The notes: generated by a model not told the origin, from the letters alone. Counted from the first letter of the stretch, positions 10,101-18,413 are shown. The stretch: DNA of 64,000 nt from Deltaproteobacteria bacterium (GCA_026129095.1 JAHCIT010000002.1:450530-514529), one strand, 5' to 3'. Numbers and translations are program-made.

Positions 10101-10793
10101 GGTAAAGGCGTCATCGTCGAATCCGATGGTAGCCGTGCCGGCCGCCGGAGCGGCACGGCCTTTCTTGATCTCCTGCTCAACCTGGCGATCCAGTGCATCC
10201 AGTTCGTCCAGGGCATCGCCACCGCCGCCATCATCAAACGAAAAGTTCCCGTCCGAATCACGAACCGCTCCACCGCCTGTATCTATTTCGGACGCACCAG
10301 CGAACGCGCCTCCGCCAATGGATTCTTCTGGTTCTTCCGTTGCAAACGGATCCTCGGGAGCATGATCGGCGAATGGGTCATTTGCCGCACCCGCACCGGC
10401 GGCAGTTTTCTTGGGTTTTGGAGGGGGCGGCGCAACTGGCTCAGGCGGCACTTCCTCCTCGGCAGTGAAATTGAAATCATCGGGCGGAGAAACCGACCCC
10501 TCGACCTCCAGTTTGTCCTCGGAAAGCCCGGCGAACGGATCATCACCTCCGCCAAAAGGATCTTCGGTTTCTGCGGCCACGGGTGGTGGAGCGGCTGGCT
10601 TCGGAGCGGGTGCCGGTTTTGGCGGTGGAGCCGCTTCAGCCTGGGGAGCCGCAGCTCCTTCCTGGGAACCATCCGGCAGGATCACGATCACTGCACCGCA
10701 GCTTTTGCATTTGACGCCGACCTTCTTGCCCTTGGGGATCTTGGCATCGTCGATATTGAAAGCCGCATTGCAGGACTGGCAGACGATCTTCAT
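7170..10793 (-). CDS. Large MJ0042-type zinc ribbon + GYF_2 + single TM + long TPR array protein (1207 aa)
   Basis: MKIVCQSC...VKCKSCG, YKVK...GPF...W GYF-like domain, TM (VAVGVVVLAIAAGGAFWWY), many TPRs; AAGGAG SD. Confidence 0.9.
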   Translation of the reverse strand: MKIVCQSCNAAFNIDDAKIPKGKKVGVKCKSCGAVIVILPDGSQEGAAAPQAEAAPPPKPAPAPKPAAPPPVAAETEDPFGGGDDPFAGLSEDKLEVEGSVSPPDDFNFTAEEEVPPEPVAPPPPKPKKTAAGAGAANDPFADHAPEDPFATEEPEESIGGGAFAGASEIDTGGGAVRDSDGNFSFDDGGGGDALDELDALDRQVEQEIKKGRAAPAAGTATIGFDDDAFTDTVAVAAGQYKVKNAKDQLAGPFPIGKIKDLLKSKKIGVKDEISRDEGPWLPVRILLEIPNIENTDLEKFLATASAEAAGAGGFNFDADAIGATGLGGGGMAGNISLIIKVAVGVVVLAIAAGGAFWWYQMREVDFSQLNTAKLRELVSSRQSVTSSREAVSRQSQQKAEAIVSALLVEQFPEAEKELKTAIQKNPSNFQAAALLARLYAFWAEMLGERTKLADGQAMAEAVKGVDATAEHTLIAFAHVLRVAGKTDEAIAVAQNAATVAAGSADAQVALAYALLGKPDQFAAAQAALDKAFAVGGEHQLALIVQARLHELQKDYTQASEGYDKAISARPNAVYPRLMKAQFILRRMPDQSRQAVELLDAVEKIPLAAVKPFRARVLVVRAALLMADGQAGSALAKAREADQVFPSAESKTIVGDALFAAGQVSDALISYAEAIKVDRTYQAAHQRIGRAHLAIGENDKGEAALKEAIRLDPGDLSARVLLGQAYARSGRVELAQIEYEAVIGIDPQNADAYVSLGQLQLTQGRTQDALASFDRAIELDPQNPETFVAIGRTYWELGESSNAISRTRQAVELAPLRIATHQQLAKFLWEIGDYAAALSAYDQAVQLLKADDQNSQLYVERAIVKFYLGRYEEAVADLNQALAIRKSEPQVYFWIARSRLAQAETLVAQAKAIPVPEADALFQAANGEFSKADYYARENPIIAYWWGRAWAGLRQYAQANQQLDVSIRKAQANESQGWSPFIDPDIAKARILTRQEKWREAHAMYEQLLPKLAQEEERIRTLKKYAIVPETAPLAEQFLDWHPRRWPKWEADRLQLLGEIQIEALQVMGYVERDELDRPAQSDATLKRLLSIRPAIPKAHLYRCLIAMDKQDYVGGEGHCRQAIRYDSNLGEAHVQIGYSLLYEKNDSRGAVASWSRALAKTAQLSDKRKMDVIGAIRGQGLGEDEIRRILVGHKYQPAEMAQLGVR

Positions 10794-11021
10794 CGGTGCT
10801 CCTTAACCGGGTAAACTGGCGAAACTACACGAAATCCCTAACATGCCAGACGCAAACGGCGCAAGGAAAAGGTCAACAATAACAAAGGCTTCCATCCGGC
10901 TGTTTCATTTTGCATTCTGGCCGAGGGTGGACAGCCCAAGGGCGCCTTCGTAACCCTGCTGAAAATCTCTGCTACATTTCCGAACTCCCCGCTGATTTCA
11001 TCGAAAGGCCGGTCTTTCACT

Positions 11022-11267
11022 ATGGCTGAATCAACACACAAAAGTTCATCAACTCCGGTTTTCCGTGGATGGGTGCTGGACATCCTCGCCCGAGTACTCT
11101 CCACGCCGGTAGCATCGGAACTCGCCATTACCGAGCTGAAAAAGTCCCTTGGAATCCCGATAATGAATACCATCAAACTTGGCGTCGCCGGGCTCCCCGC
11201 GCAATTTCAGCCCAGTGCCTTTTATGCGGAACCGGACAGCAACCCCGGATGCTCGGAGCCCAAATGA
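11022..11267 (+). CDS. Small protein resembling the N-terminal cap region of FAAH-type amidases
   Basis: PVFRG..LDILARVLSTP....L...LKKSLG...FQP resembles my recollection of the Arabidopsis FAAH N-terminus; ATGA overlap with the amidase. Confidence 0.6.
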   Translation: MAESTHKSSSTPVFRGWVLDILARVLSTPVASELAITELKKSLGIPIMNTIKLGVAGLPAQFQPSAFYAEPDSNPGCSEPK

Positions 11268-12655
11268 CCATCCCCAGTCAACCGCTTTTTGCCGGGCTTC
11301 GCGATCGGTACCGGGACGGCCGGGAAACACCGGAAACGGTCGTTGACCGGTTCCTGGGACGGATCGCCGCCGACCGGGATCATGAAATTCCGCTTAATGC
11401 CTTTCTTGCCCTGAGGGAAAGCCAGGCACGCCAGGAAGCCCAGGCGTCATCCGGCCGCTGGAAATCGGGAAAGCCGCTCTCTCCCCTCGATGGCATACCT
11501 CTGGCCGTGAAGGATGCCGTGAATGTAGCGGGACTTTCCACTCCGGTCGGCACGCGGTTTCTCGGAAAAACACCTGAGCCCAGGGACAGCGAACTGGTTC
11601 GCAGACTAAAAGCGGCTGGCGCCATTATCCTTGGCAAGACGCACATGCACGAGTTTGGATTCGGCGCAACCGGAATCAACCCCCACGGCATGACCGCACG
11701 TAATCCCTATGACCGCAGGCGGATCACCGGAGGATCCTCCAGCGGTTCAGCAGCCGCCGTAGCAGCAGGTCTTGTCCCGGGGGCCATTGGAACTGATGCG
11801 GGAGGATCGGTCCGGATTCCGTCGGCCCTGTGCGGCCTTACTGGACTCAAGGCCACGTTCGGCCGGATTCCGATGGACGGAATCGGGGCGCTGACATACA
11901 CAATGGACCATGCCGGGCCGATGACGCGGACCGTCCAGGATGCCATAGAGCTGTTTGAAATCATCGCCACTCCCGCACTGAACACCATGCCCGATTCGGC
12001 CCGCCCTTTCACGGCCGGGATCATCGACGGGTATTGCACGGAAACCTGCGCCCCGGACGTGTCGAATTCGGTCGAAGTGGCCCTGCAGCTGCTTGAGAAA
12101 GCCGGCGTGAAAACCGTCCGCGTCCAGATTCCTTCGGCATTGGCAATGCATGCGGCAGGAGTCGTAACGATGGGTGGTGAAGCGGCCTCAATTCTCGAAA
12201 CCGACTGGGAAGAGCACCGGAACGAGTTTGGCGGGGACGTCCGGCTGTTCACAGCTGGAGCGCGCAAGCTTGCTGCCCACGAATACCTGCGCGCCCAGAG
12301 GATCAGGACCCTGGTCTGCGCCGAGCATGCTGCTGCATTCCAGAAGGCGGACATCATCATCACACCGATGACAGCCCGCACTGCTGCGTTTATTCATGCC
12401 AAGGCGCTCCGGCGCGGTGAAACCGATCCGGATCTTGTCCAGGCACTGAGCCGATTCAGCTTGCCCTATAACCTCACTGGACTACCGGCCCTGACACTTC
12501 CGGCGGGAACCGATGCCAACGGTCTTCCCGTTGGGCTGCAACTGGTTGCACCCCCGAATGAAGAGATTCGCCTCCTGTCGGCGGCGCTCTATACTGAAAA
12601 AGTGCTTGCCGACCGCTGTCCGCCACCACCAGGCTGGCTACCGCCGTGGAACTGA
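11264..12655 (+). CDS. Amidase-signature family enzyme, FAAH-like
   Basis: VKD, GKTHMHEFG, GGSSSGSAAAVA, GTDAGGSVRIPSALCG (Lys-cisSer-Ser triad); GGAG SD 5 nt before ATG 11264. Confidence 0.92.
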   Translation: MTIPSQPLFAGLRDRYRDGRETPETVVDRFLGRIAADRDHEIPLNAFLALRESQARQEAQASSGRWKSGKPLSPLDGIPLAVKDAVNVAGLSTPVGTRFLGKTPEPRDSELVRRLKAAGAIILGKTHMHEFGFGATGINPHGMTARNPYDRRRITGGSSSGSAAAVAAGLVPGAIGTDAGGSVRIPSALCGLTGLKATFGRIPMDGIGALTYTMDHAGPMTRTVQDAIELFEIIATPALNTMPDSARPFTAGIIDGYCTETCAPDVSNSVEVALQLLEKAGVKTVRVQIPSALAMHAAGVVTMGGEAASILETDWEEHRNEFGGDVRLFTAGARKLAAHEYLRAQRIRTLVCAEHAAAFQKADIIITPMTARTAAFIHAKALRRGETDPDLVQALSRFSLPYNLTGLPALTLPAGTDANGLPVGLQLVAPPNEEIRLLSAALYTEKVLADRCPPPPGWLPPWN

Positions 12656-12665
12656 CAGGGCCAGC

Positions 12666-13805
12666 CTAGTGGGTCAGGCACGAATCGAGATCGTGCTTGA
12701 TGGCGTGACGGTCCAGATTTTTGCCGATGAAAACAATCTTCGACGAGGGCGCTTCCTTGCCCCATGGCCGGTCATAGTTGGCCGTAAAACGGTTACCGAC
12801 GCCATGGAAAACCACCCGCTTGGGTGAACCCTTGAAGTTCAGAATCCCCTTGCAGCGGAAGAGAAACAGCTTTTCAGAAATCCGCTCAAGAAACGCCTCG
12901 AACTTTTCCGGCTCGATCGGGTCGTGGAAAACGAAGCTGACCGAATTGACGTCGGTATCATGATGCTGGTGCTTGTGGTCGTGTCCGGGGTGATCACAGT
13001 GCGGATCATGGCATTCCTCATCGTGCTTGTGTCCATGATCATGGTGCTGATGTTCCGGATGATCGCATGCGGATTCCCCGCCACACTCGCTTCCATCTTC
13101 ATGGTGATGATGGTGATGTTCGTGGTCCTGTCCGTCGGGATGAGTGTCCAAACCATCCAGAAAATCCGGGGCGTCCTCCAGCTTGCGATCCAGTGAAAAG
13201 GCCCCGACATCCAGCAAGAGACGCAGGTCCACGTCAGCGTGCTTCGACTTCAGGATACGTGCATAAGGGTTCAGCTTGAGAATATCTGCCTCAATCGCCT
13301 TGGTCTGGTCTTCGGAAACCAGATCCATCTTGTTCAGAAGCACAATATCAGCAAAACCGATCTGCTCGGCGGCTGTTTGGCTGTTCTCCAGGTTGCGGCG
13401 GAAATTCTCGCCATCAACTACCGTGATGATCGAATCAAGGCGGGTCAGCTTCTCCATCTCCGGCATAAAAAAGGTCTGTGCCACAGGGGCAGGGTTGGCA
13501 AGACCGGTCGTCTCGATCACAAGATAGTCAAACTTCTGGCGCCCCTTCATCAGTTTCTTGATCCCCTTGAGCAGATCCCCCCGAACCGAACAGCACAGGC
13601 AGCCGTTATTCAGCTCGACGATCTCTTCATCGGCACCAACGATGAGATCGTTATCGATGCCTACTTCGCCGAATTCATTGACAATCAGGGCTATGCGGAG
13701 ACCATCGTTATTCTTGAGAATATGATTGAGGAGTGTCGTCTTTCCGGCACCGAGAAATCCGGCAAGCACGGTAACAGGAACGGTTTCGGTAGCGAGTTTC
13801 GGCAT
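12666..13805 (-). CDS. COG0523/CobW-family G3E GTPase (probable zinc metallochaperone)
   Basis: GFLGAGKT, NEFGE, GCLCC, ETTG, NKMD, long His/Cys-rich insert, CobW_C (FRCKG). Confidence 0.93.
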   Translation of the reverse strand: MPKLATETVPVTVLAGFLGAGKTTLLNHILKNNDGLRIALIVNEFGEVGIDNDLIVGADEEIVELNNGCLCCSVRGDLLKGIKKLMKGRQKFDYLVIETTGLANPAPVAQTFFMPEMEKLTRLDSIITVVDGENFRRNLENSQTAAEQIGFADIVLLNKMDLVSEDQTKAIEADILKLNPYARILKSKHADVDLRLLLDVGAFSLDRKLEDAPDFLDGLDTHPDGQDHEHHHHHHEDGSECGGESACDHPEHQHHDHGHKHDEECHDPHCDHPGHDHKHQHHDTDVNSVSFVFHDPIEPEKFEAFLERISEKLFLFRCKGILNFKGSPKRVVFHGVGNRFTANYDRPWGKEAPSSKIVFIGKNLDRHAIKHDLDSCLTH

Positions 13806-13935
13806 GGATAATCCTCAAAGGTGGCGCCGGTTAAGCTGAAGCGCCCGGTTCCTATTCACCGTCCGGCATGGACGGGTCAAGAGTCTGGCCACGACTAGCA
13901 GACCTGAAAAGGGGTGCCTCGCAGCAGAGGCACCA

Positions 13936-13972
13936 CTATTAAAGCAATATTTTGCTATTAAAGCCGTTGCAA
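13936..13972. promoter_or_regulatory. Candidate metal-regulator operator/promoter between divergent cobW-like and ZIP genes
   Basis: Direct repeat CTATTAAAGC at 13936-13945 and 13955-13964 with the near-palindrome AGCAATATTTTGCT (13943-13956); AT-rich island. Confidence 0.45.
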
Positions 13973-14046
13973 GCTGCTCTGGTTACGGCGTATGAACAGG
14001 TCCGGCCACCTTCGTGCGAGGGGCGGCTGGTCACCAGAAGGGCTCT

Positions 14047-14799
14047 ATGAACCTGCTCACTGCTGCCGCAATCCTCGCCATCGTCCATCTGGTTTCCGGA
14101 GCTGCTTTTATACGGCTTCCCGCCAGGGAGCGGACACTCCGGTTTCTTGTCTCCTTTTCAGCCGGAACCCTGCTGGCCATGAGTCTCGTCCATCTGCTGC
14201 CGGAAAGCGCGCTGCATACCGGCGGCGGGTCCGGTCTGGCTGTTCTGGCCGGTTTTTTCGCGCTCTGGGCACTGGAACATCTGGTCGGGCGGCATGAACA
14301 TGTGGACGACGTACACAAGCACGGCGAGCACGAGCCCGCAACGGGGTTGTCCGTTCTGGCCTCGCTGGTCCTGATTCTTCATGGCTTTATTGACGGGCTT
14401 GCCCTCGCCGCCTTCGAGCACCACGAGGGCTGGGCACTTACGGCGCTTTTAGGTTTAGCCGCCCATGCACCCGCCATGATGCTGGCTCTGGTAACACTGC
14501 TCCGGCTGGCAGGAATGGCTACGGGCCCCATGCTCGGAGTCATCGCCGTCACATCATTCACCATCCCTGCCGGGGCATTGGCGGCCAATGGCGGTCCATT
14601 CTCACATCTTGCGGGGAATATCGCCTGGTTCGAGGCTGCCGTGGGTGGAGCGCTGATCTATCTTTCCACCCATCACCTGCTGCCCGCAGTAGAGCACAAC
14701 AAGCGGGACCGGCTGGCTCTGTATGCTGCGGCCCTCGCCGGGGCTGTCCTCGCCGTGCTCCTCGCCGGTCTTCACGGCGGCGAAGGACACCACCACTGA
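14047..14799 (+). CDS. ZIP-family metal (zinc) transporter
   Basis: FSAGTLL...HLLPES, His-rich loop (HEHVDDVHKHGEH), LHGFIDGLAL, HHLLP; about 8 TM; ATG 14047. Confidence 0.85.
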   Translation: MNLLTAAAILAIVHLVSGAAFIRLPARERTLRFLVSFSAGTLLAMSLVHLLPESALHTGGGSGLAVLAGFFALWALEHLVGRHEHVDDVHKHGEHEPATGLSVLASLVLILHGFIDGLALAAFEHHEGWALTALLGLAAHAPAMMLALVTLLRLAGMATGPMLGVIAVTSFTIPAGALAANGGPFSHLAGNIAWFEAAVGGALIYLSTHHLLPAVEHNKRDRLALYAAALAGAVLAVLLAGLHGGEGHHH

Positions 14800-14805
14800 T
14801 TTCCG

Positions 14806-16374
14806 CTATTTGCTGAGCAGAACCCGGACCGTCCCGTCGTGGGCGTCTTCACCGCCATACCGGACCACAAGATCATCTGTCTGGTCACCGTTCAGGTCAA
14901 CGGCAAAAGTGAAGAAGGACGCCTTGGGGACCTTGATCCGTCCGCAGTCACTGGCCCAGCCCTTGTTCGCCGTGGTCAGGCAGATACGGTAACTGCCGGG
15001 GCCCTCAGACTGAAGCAGATCCGGTCGGCCATCCCCGTTGAAATCCCCGTCAAGCAGATAGGACGTGAGCAGGCCGGAGCCCTGATGGGAAAGATCGAAC
15101 TTGAACGGGATCGTTTCGCATTCATCCGGGTCATCACTGAAAATCCCGTCCTTCGAGTGATGAGCGTGATAGTCAACCGAGATCCGCCCGAACAGCTTGA
15201 TACGGATCGCCTGCCAGATGCTGAAAGGTATCTCCTGATACACAAGGTCAAGCTTCCCATCAGCATTGGTATCAATAAGGCGCGGCTGTTCAGTAAAATT
15301 CTTCACGTGAAATGTCTGGTCCGGGCTGGCCGGGAATTTCCCGCCCCGGTTGCGGTAAACGTAGATCTCCGACAGCAGTTTCAGGCTCGACAGGTCGTTG
15401 ATCGAAACCTTGGAAATCACCACATCAGAGTGCCCATCCCCGTCTATGTCGCCCACTTCAAAGCGGGTAAGCGGGGCGATATGTCCGTGCCGCATCAGCT
15501 CCCGTAAACCGAACCGGGCGAAATCCCACATCTCGGGCGCAGGATCAAAGTTGCCGTCCTCCGTCGCCCGGAAGACAAGAAGCCGGTCGTCACGGGCCAC
15601 CCACAAGTCCTTGCGACGGTCTCCATCGAAATCGGCAAGGAACAACTGCGGAAGCAGCTGGACCACTCTCGACGACCCGAATTCCAGACGGGCGAACAGG
15701 ATGTTCCCCTCCCAGATCGATGACAGTTCCGTATCCAGGGGAACCGGGAATATCTGGTGGATCCGCCATTCATGGGCGCCAGGGGCCCCGTTCTGCACTG
15801 GCATCAGCTTGAACAGGTACCACTGGTCGGCATCAGGCACCATCAGTTCGGCGGTTCCATCGCCCGTATAGTCCCTGAGCAGCTCACGGGAAAGAATTGA
15901 CGTCCGGTCAGGAGCCGTGAACACGCTGCGGACGGTGATGATCCGCTGTGGCTCATCCGATAGCCGCCCATCAGAGAACGAATAGGCGAAGACCCCTTCC
16001 GACGAAATGAAACCGATATCCGGGCCTGGCGTCGCCGGGTCGAAATTGCCCACGTCGTACACCACGGCACGGTCAGAAGCCCGCACGCTCTGGTCTGGGG
16101 TCTTCGGGAATCCATCACGGGTCTGGAGAAACAGGTCGAAGTATTTTTCCACAGTGCGGGTGGTTTCATCCAGCCTTGTCCGCATTGCCACAATATCGAG
16201 AAGGCCATCCCCGTTGAAGTCGGCCCACCGGACACTCCTTACCAGATCGCCCGTAGTCAGCACGTGCTGCTGATGGGAGAGATCCGCCGCTCCCGCTGCC
16301 GAAATTCCTGCAAACATAACCAGCGACAGGGCGGCGCCCGCTATCCTGCCAATGAAACCAGATTCCTGGTGCAT
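14806..16374 (-). CDS. Secreted FG-GAP/VCBS-repeat protein
   Basis: Signal peptide and repeated D-x-[ND]-GDG-x2-D motifs (ADFNGDGLLD, DFDGDRRKD, GDIDGDGHSD, GDFNGDGRPD); GAGGAG SD. Confidence 0.85.
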   Translation of the reverse strand: MHQESGFIGRIAGAALSLVMFAGISAAGAADLSHQQHVLTTGDLVRSVRWADFNGDGLLDIVAMRTRLDETTRTVEKYFDLFLQTRDGFPKTPDQSVRASDRAVVYDVGNFDPATPGPDIGFISSEGVFAYSFSDGRLSDEPQRIITVRSVFTAPDRTSILSRELLRDYTGDGTAELMVPDADQWYLFKLMPVQNGAPGAHEWRIHQIFPVPLDTELSSIWEGNILFARLEFGSSRVVQLLPQLFLADFDGDRRKDLWVARDDRLLVFRATEDGNFDPAPEMWDFARFGLRELMRHGHIAPLTRFEVGDIDGDGHSDVVISKVSINDLSSLKLLSEIYVYRNRGGKFPASPDQTFHVKNFTEQPRLIDTNADGKLDLVYQEIPFSIWQAIRIKLFGRISVDYHAHHSKDGIFSDDPDECETIPFKFDLSHQGSGLLTSYLLDGDFNGDGRPDLLQSEGPGSYRICLTTANKGWASDCGRIKVPKASFFTFAVDLNGDQTDDLVVRYGGEDAHDGTVRVLLSK

Positions 16375-16483
16375 GATCTGTCCCCTCCTCAACCCCTAAC
16401 GAAGACGGCGTCACCCCCTCCGAAGGAGTGCGCCGTCCGGCCGTAGCCACATGGCCGTCACGAACGGAAACCCGCTATGACGG

Positions 16484-17581
16484 TTAGATAACTCCGCGGC
16501 CCATCTTACTCAAGACCGCCTGCATGTCGCGCCGTTCTTCCTCGCTCAGGCGGGCAAACAGCGTCTGCGTGTACTGGTCGGCCTGGCCCTTCATGGTCTG
16601 CTGGAGCGCGACGCCTCGCGGAGCCGGAAGCAGCTTCCACGGGCCGTCCTCCGATGGCTGGTCAAGACGGTTCACATAGCCCTTCTGCACCAGACCGCTC
16701 ACAGCCGCTTCAATCTCCGGCCGCTGCCCGCGCACCGCCTGGGAAAGCTGGCGAAGACCCAGCTCGGGTTTTTCCCACACGGCCGTCAGCACCTCAAACT
16801 CCACCCGGTTCAGGTTGTGGGGATTGAGGAGCTTTTCCGCGCCAAGGCGTGAGGCGAGCAGGTTTTTGGCGAGAACGAACTCGGCTGCGCCGTCAGTGTT
16901 GACCCCCAGCACCCCGCCCGCCAGCAAGGTCGCCTTGCTGTCTGTTTCGGCAACGGCTTTTGCCGACAGCTTCGCCAGCACTTGCCGCTCCTGCAGGGAC
17001 AGCCGCCGGTTGAATTCAAACCGGACATGCTCGGCCACCGGACGGGTGCGTTCAACAAGATCACGGCCAGCCTGGCTCAACTCAAACCGGGACTGTCCCG
17101 CACCCGACGTGGGGGAAACCAGTCCACGCTGAACAAGCCTGTTCATCTGCGGATTCGTTGGAAAATCAGCAATGCCCGTATTGCGGGAGATAGCCGCCTG
17201 CGTGGAGGCCCCTCGCCTCTTGAGTTCATTAAGAACCACATAGTCCGGCGTTTCGATCCCGTAGGGCTGAATTGCACGTGAGAAAGCCGCCTCGCCGCGG
17301 GCAAGCATCTTCACCAGATCGACACCCTCGATCGTTTCGCCACCCGCCAGCCGGGTTCCATCCTGCTGGTCAATGGCATCGTAGAAATCCTTCGCGTGGT
17401 AATAGGCCGTACGGGTACCAACAGCCGTGGCGGCCACACCGCTTCCCACCACGACGGGTGTCGCCAGAAGCGGAACCAGCGCCAGTACGCACCCCGAGCC
17501 CGTTAACAGCACGCCCGCAACAAGTGCTCCAAGCCCTGCCCGGACAGCCGCCGAATGTTTGTTTTGATTTTCCCGTTTCAT
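16484..17581 (-). CDS. Tandem MarR-like winged-helix protein with N-terminal lipoprotein-like signal/membrane anchor
   Basis: MKR...hydrophobic...LLTGSGC, a second hydrophobic stretch, then two MarR-like repeats (YVVLNEL...RLVQRGLV...LSQAGR...LSLQERQ and FEVLTAV...LVQKGYV...LSEEERR). Confidence 0.7.
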   Translation of the reverse strand: MKRENQNKHSAAVRAGLGALVAGVLLTGSGCVLALVPLLATPVVVGSGVAATAVGTRTAYYHAKDFYDAIDQQDGTRLAGGETIEGVDLVKMLARGEAAFSRAIQPYGIETPDYVVLNELKRRGASTQAAISRNTGIADFPTNPQMNRLVQRGLVSPTSGAGQSRFELSQAGRDLVERTRPVAEHVRFEFNRRLSLQERQVLAKLSAKAVAETDSKATLLAGGVLGVNTDGAAEFVLAKNLLASRLGAEKLLNPHNLNRVEFEVLTAVWEKPELGLRQLSQAVRGQRPEIEAAVSGLVQKGYVNRLDQPSEDGPWKLLPAPRGVALQQTMKGQADQYTQTLFARLSEEERRDMQAVLSKMGRGVI

Positions 17582-18044
17582 CTCTTCTCTTCCTCGTTGC
17601 TCCTGCCGGGAGAACCGGGGCAGTCCGGCCACCGGGGCCCCGCAAGGTTCAGTTGAAGAACCCCGAGTACCCACAGGCGGATGCGTATGGTGACCGGTTT
17701 TGGTTCCCCTGAACCTCTCCGTACCACACCTATAAGCTAATCCCCTTTAGGGCAGGAACAAGGATAGAGGTCATAAAACCAAACCTCTGGATTTAATGAA
17801 AATCACCGGTTGGAAAGCAGGCCACCGGAACCATCGGTAACTATGGAGAAAATACACTTGCGCCCAGCAAGGACCTCGCAAGACAGGGTATTTTGACTTT
17901 ACCAATTTAACTGTAAATTCAGTTGGTTATAATGATTCTGAGGATTTATTTTGCCCGGCGTCGTTGCGTTTCACGGCAGGACGCACGTAGTCTGGAACCA
18001 CGATTTGACGCGTCATGTCTAACATGCGCTCACCGAGGGTAAAA

Positions 18045-18413
18045 ATGGCCGACGAACCTGCATCGCCCTTTGGAGGCCCGGTCGACCTGTCAAAGTTGAT
18101 GGGGCAGGCCCAGCAGCTGATGGCTGACGTGGGCAAGAAGCGCGAGGCGTACGAAAAAGCCCTCGAAAAGGAAATTGTTGAAGCCGCAGCCGGCGGTGGA
18201 ATGGTCAGGGTGAAGGCCAATGGTCTGGGTCGCATCCTGTCAATCTCCTTTGACCGCGAACTGGTTCAGCCGCTCGACACGGACCTTCTGCAAGATGTCA
18301 CCACCGCTGCTGTAAACGAGGCTCTCCGCCGGGCCGAAGCAGCCGCCGACAGGGTAAAAAACGAACTGCTTGCTGCCCTCCCCTTTGCCGGCCTGTTCCA
18401 GGGAAAGCTGTAG
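18045..18413 (+). CDS. ybaB: YbaB/EbfC nucleoid-associated protein
   Basis: LMGQAQQ, AGGGMVRVKANG, LQDVTTAAVNEA; precedes recR. Confidence 0.9.
   Translation: MADEPASPFGGPVDLSKLMGQAQQLMADVGKKREAYEKALEKEIVEAAAGGGMVRVKANGLGRILSISFDRELVQPLDTDLLQDVTTAAVNEALRRAEAAADRVKNELLAALPFAGLFQGKL

Noticed and set aside
4820..10793. Naming the ZnR-GYF proteins GltJ/AgmX or SgmX
   Set aside because: Their C-termini are TPR arrays after a TM helix, which matches neither protein's architecture.
11069..11263. N-terminal extensions in the ORF track (amidase, pilT from 39798, mutY from 44566, thiG from 36154, ZnR protein from 7240, gcvT from 60727)
   Set aside because: They overlap neighbouring genes and precede the conserved N-termini; downstream starts were used.
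17800..17845. SRP (4.5S) RNA upstream of ybaB-recR
   Set aside because: GGAAAGCAG is reminiscent, but the helix-8 CAGG...GNRA...AGCAG stem-loop cannot be built.
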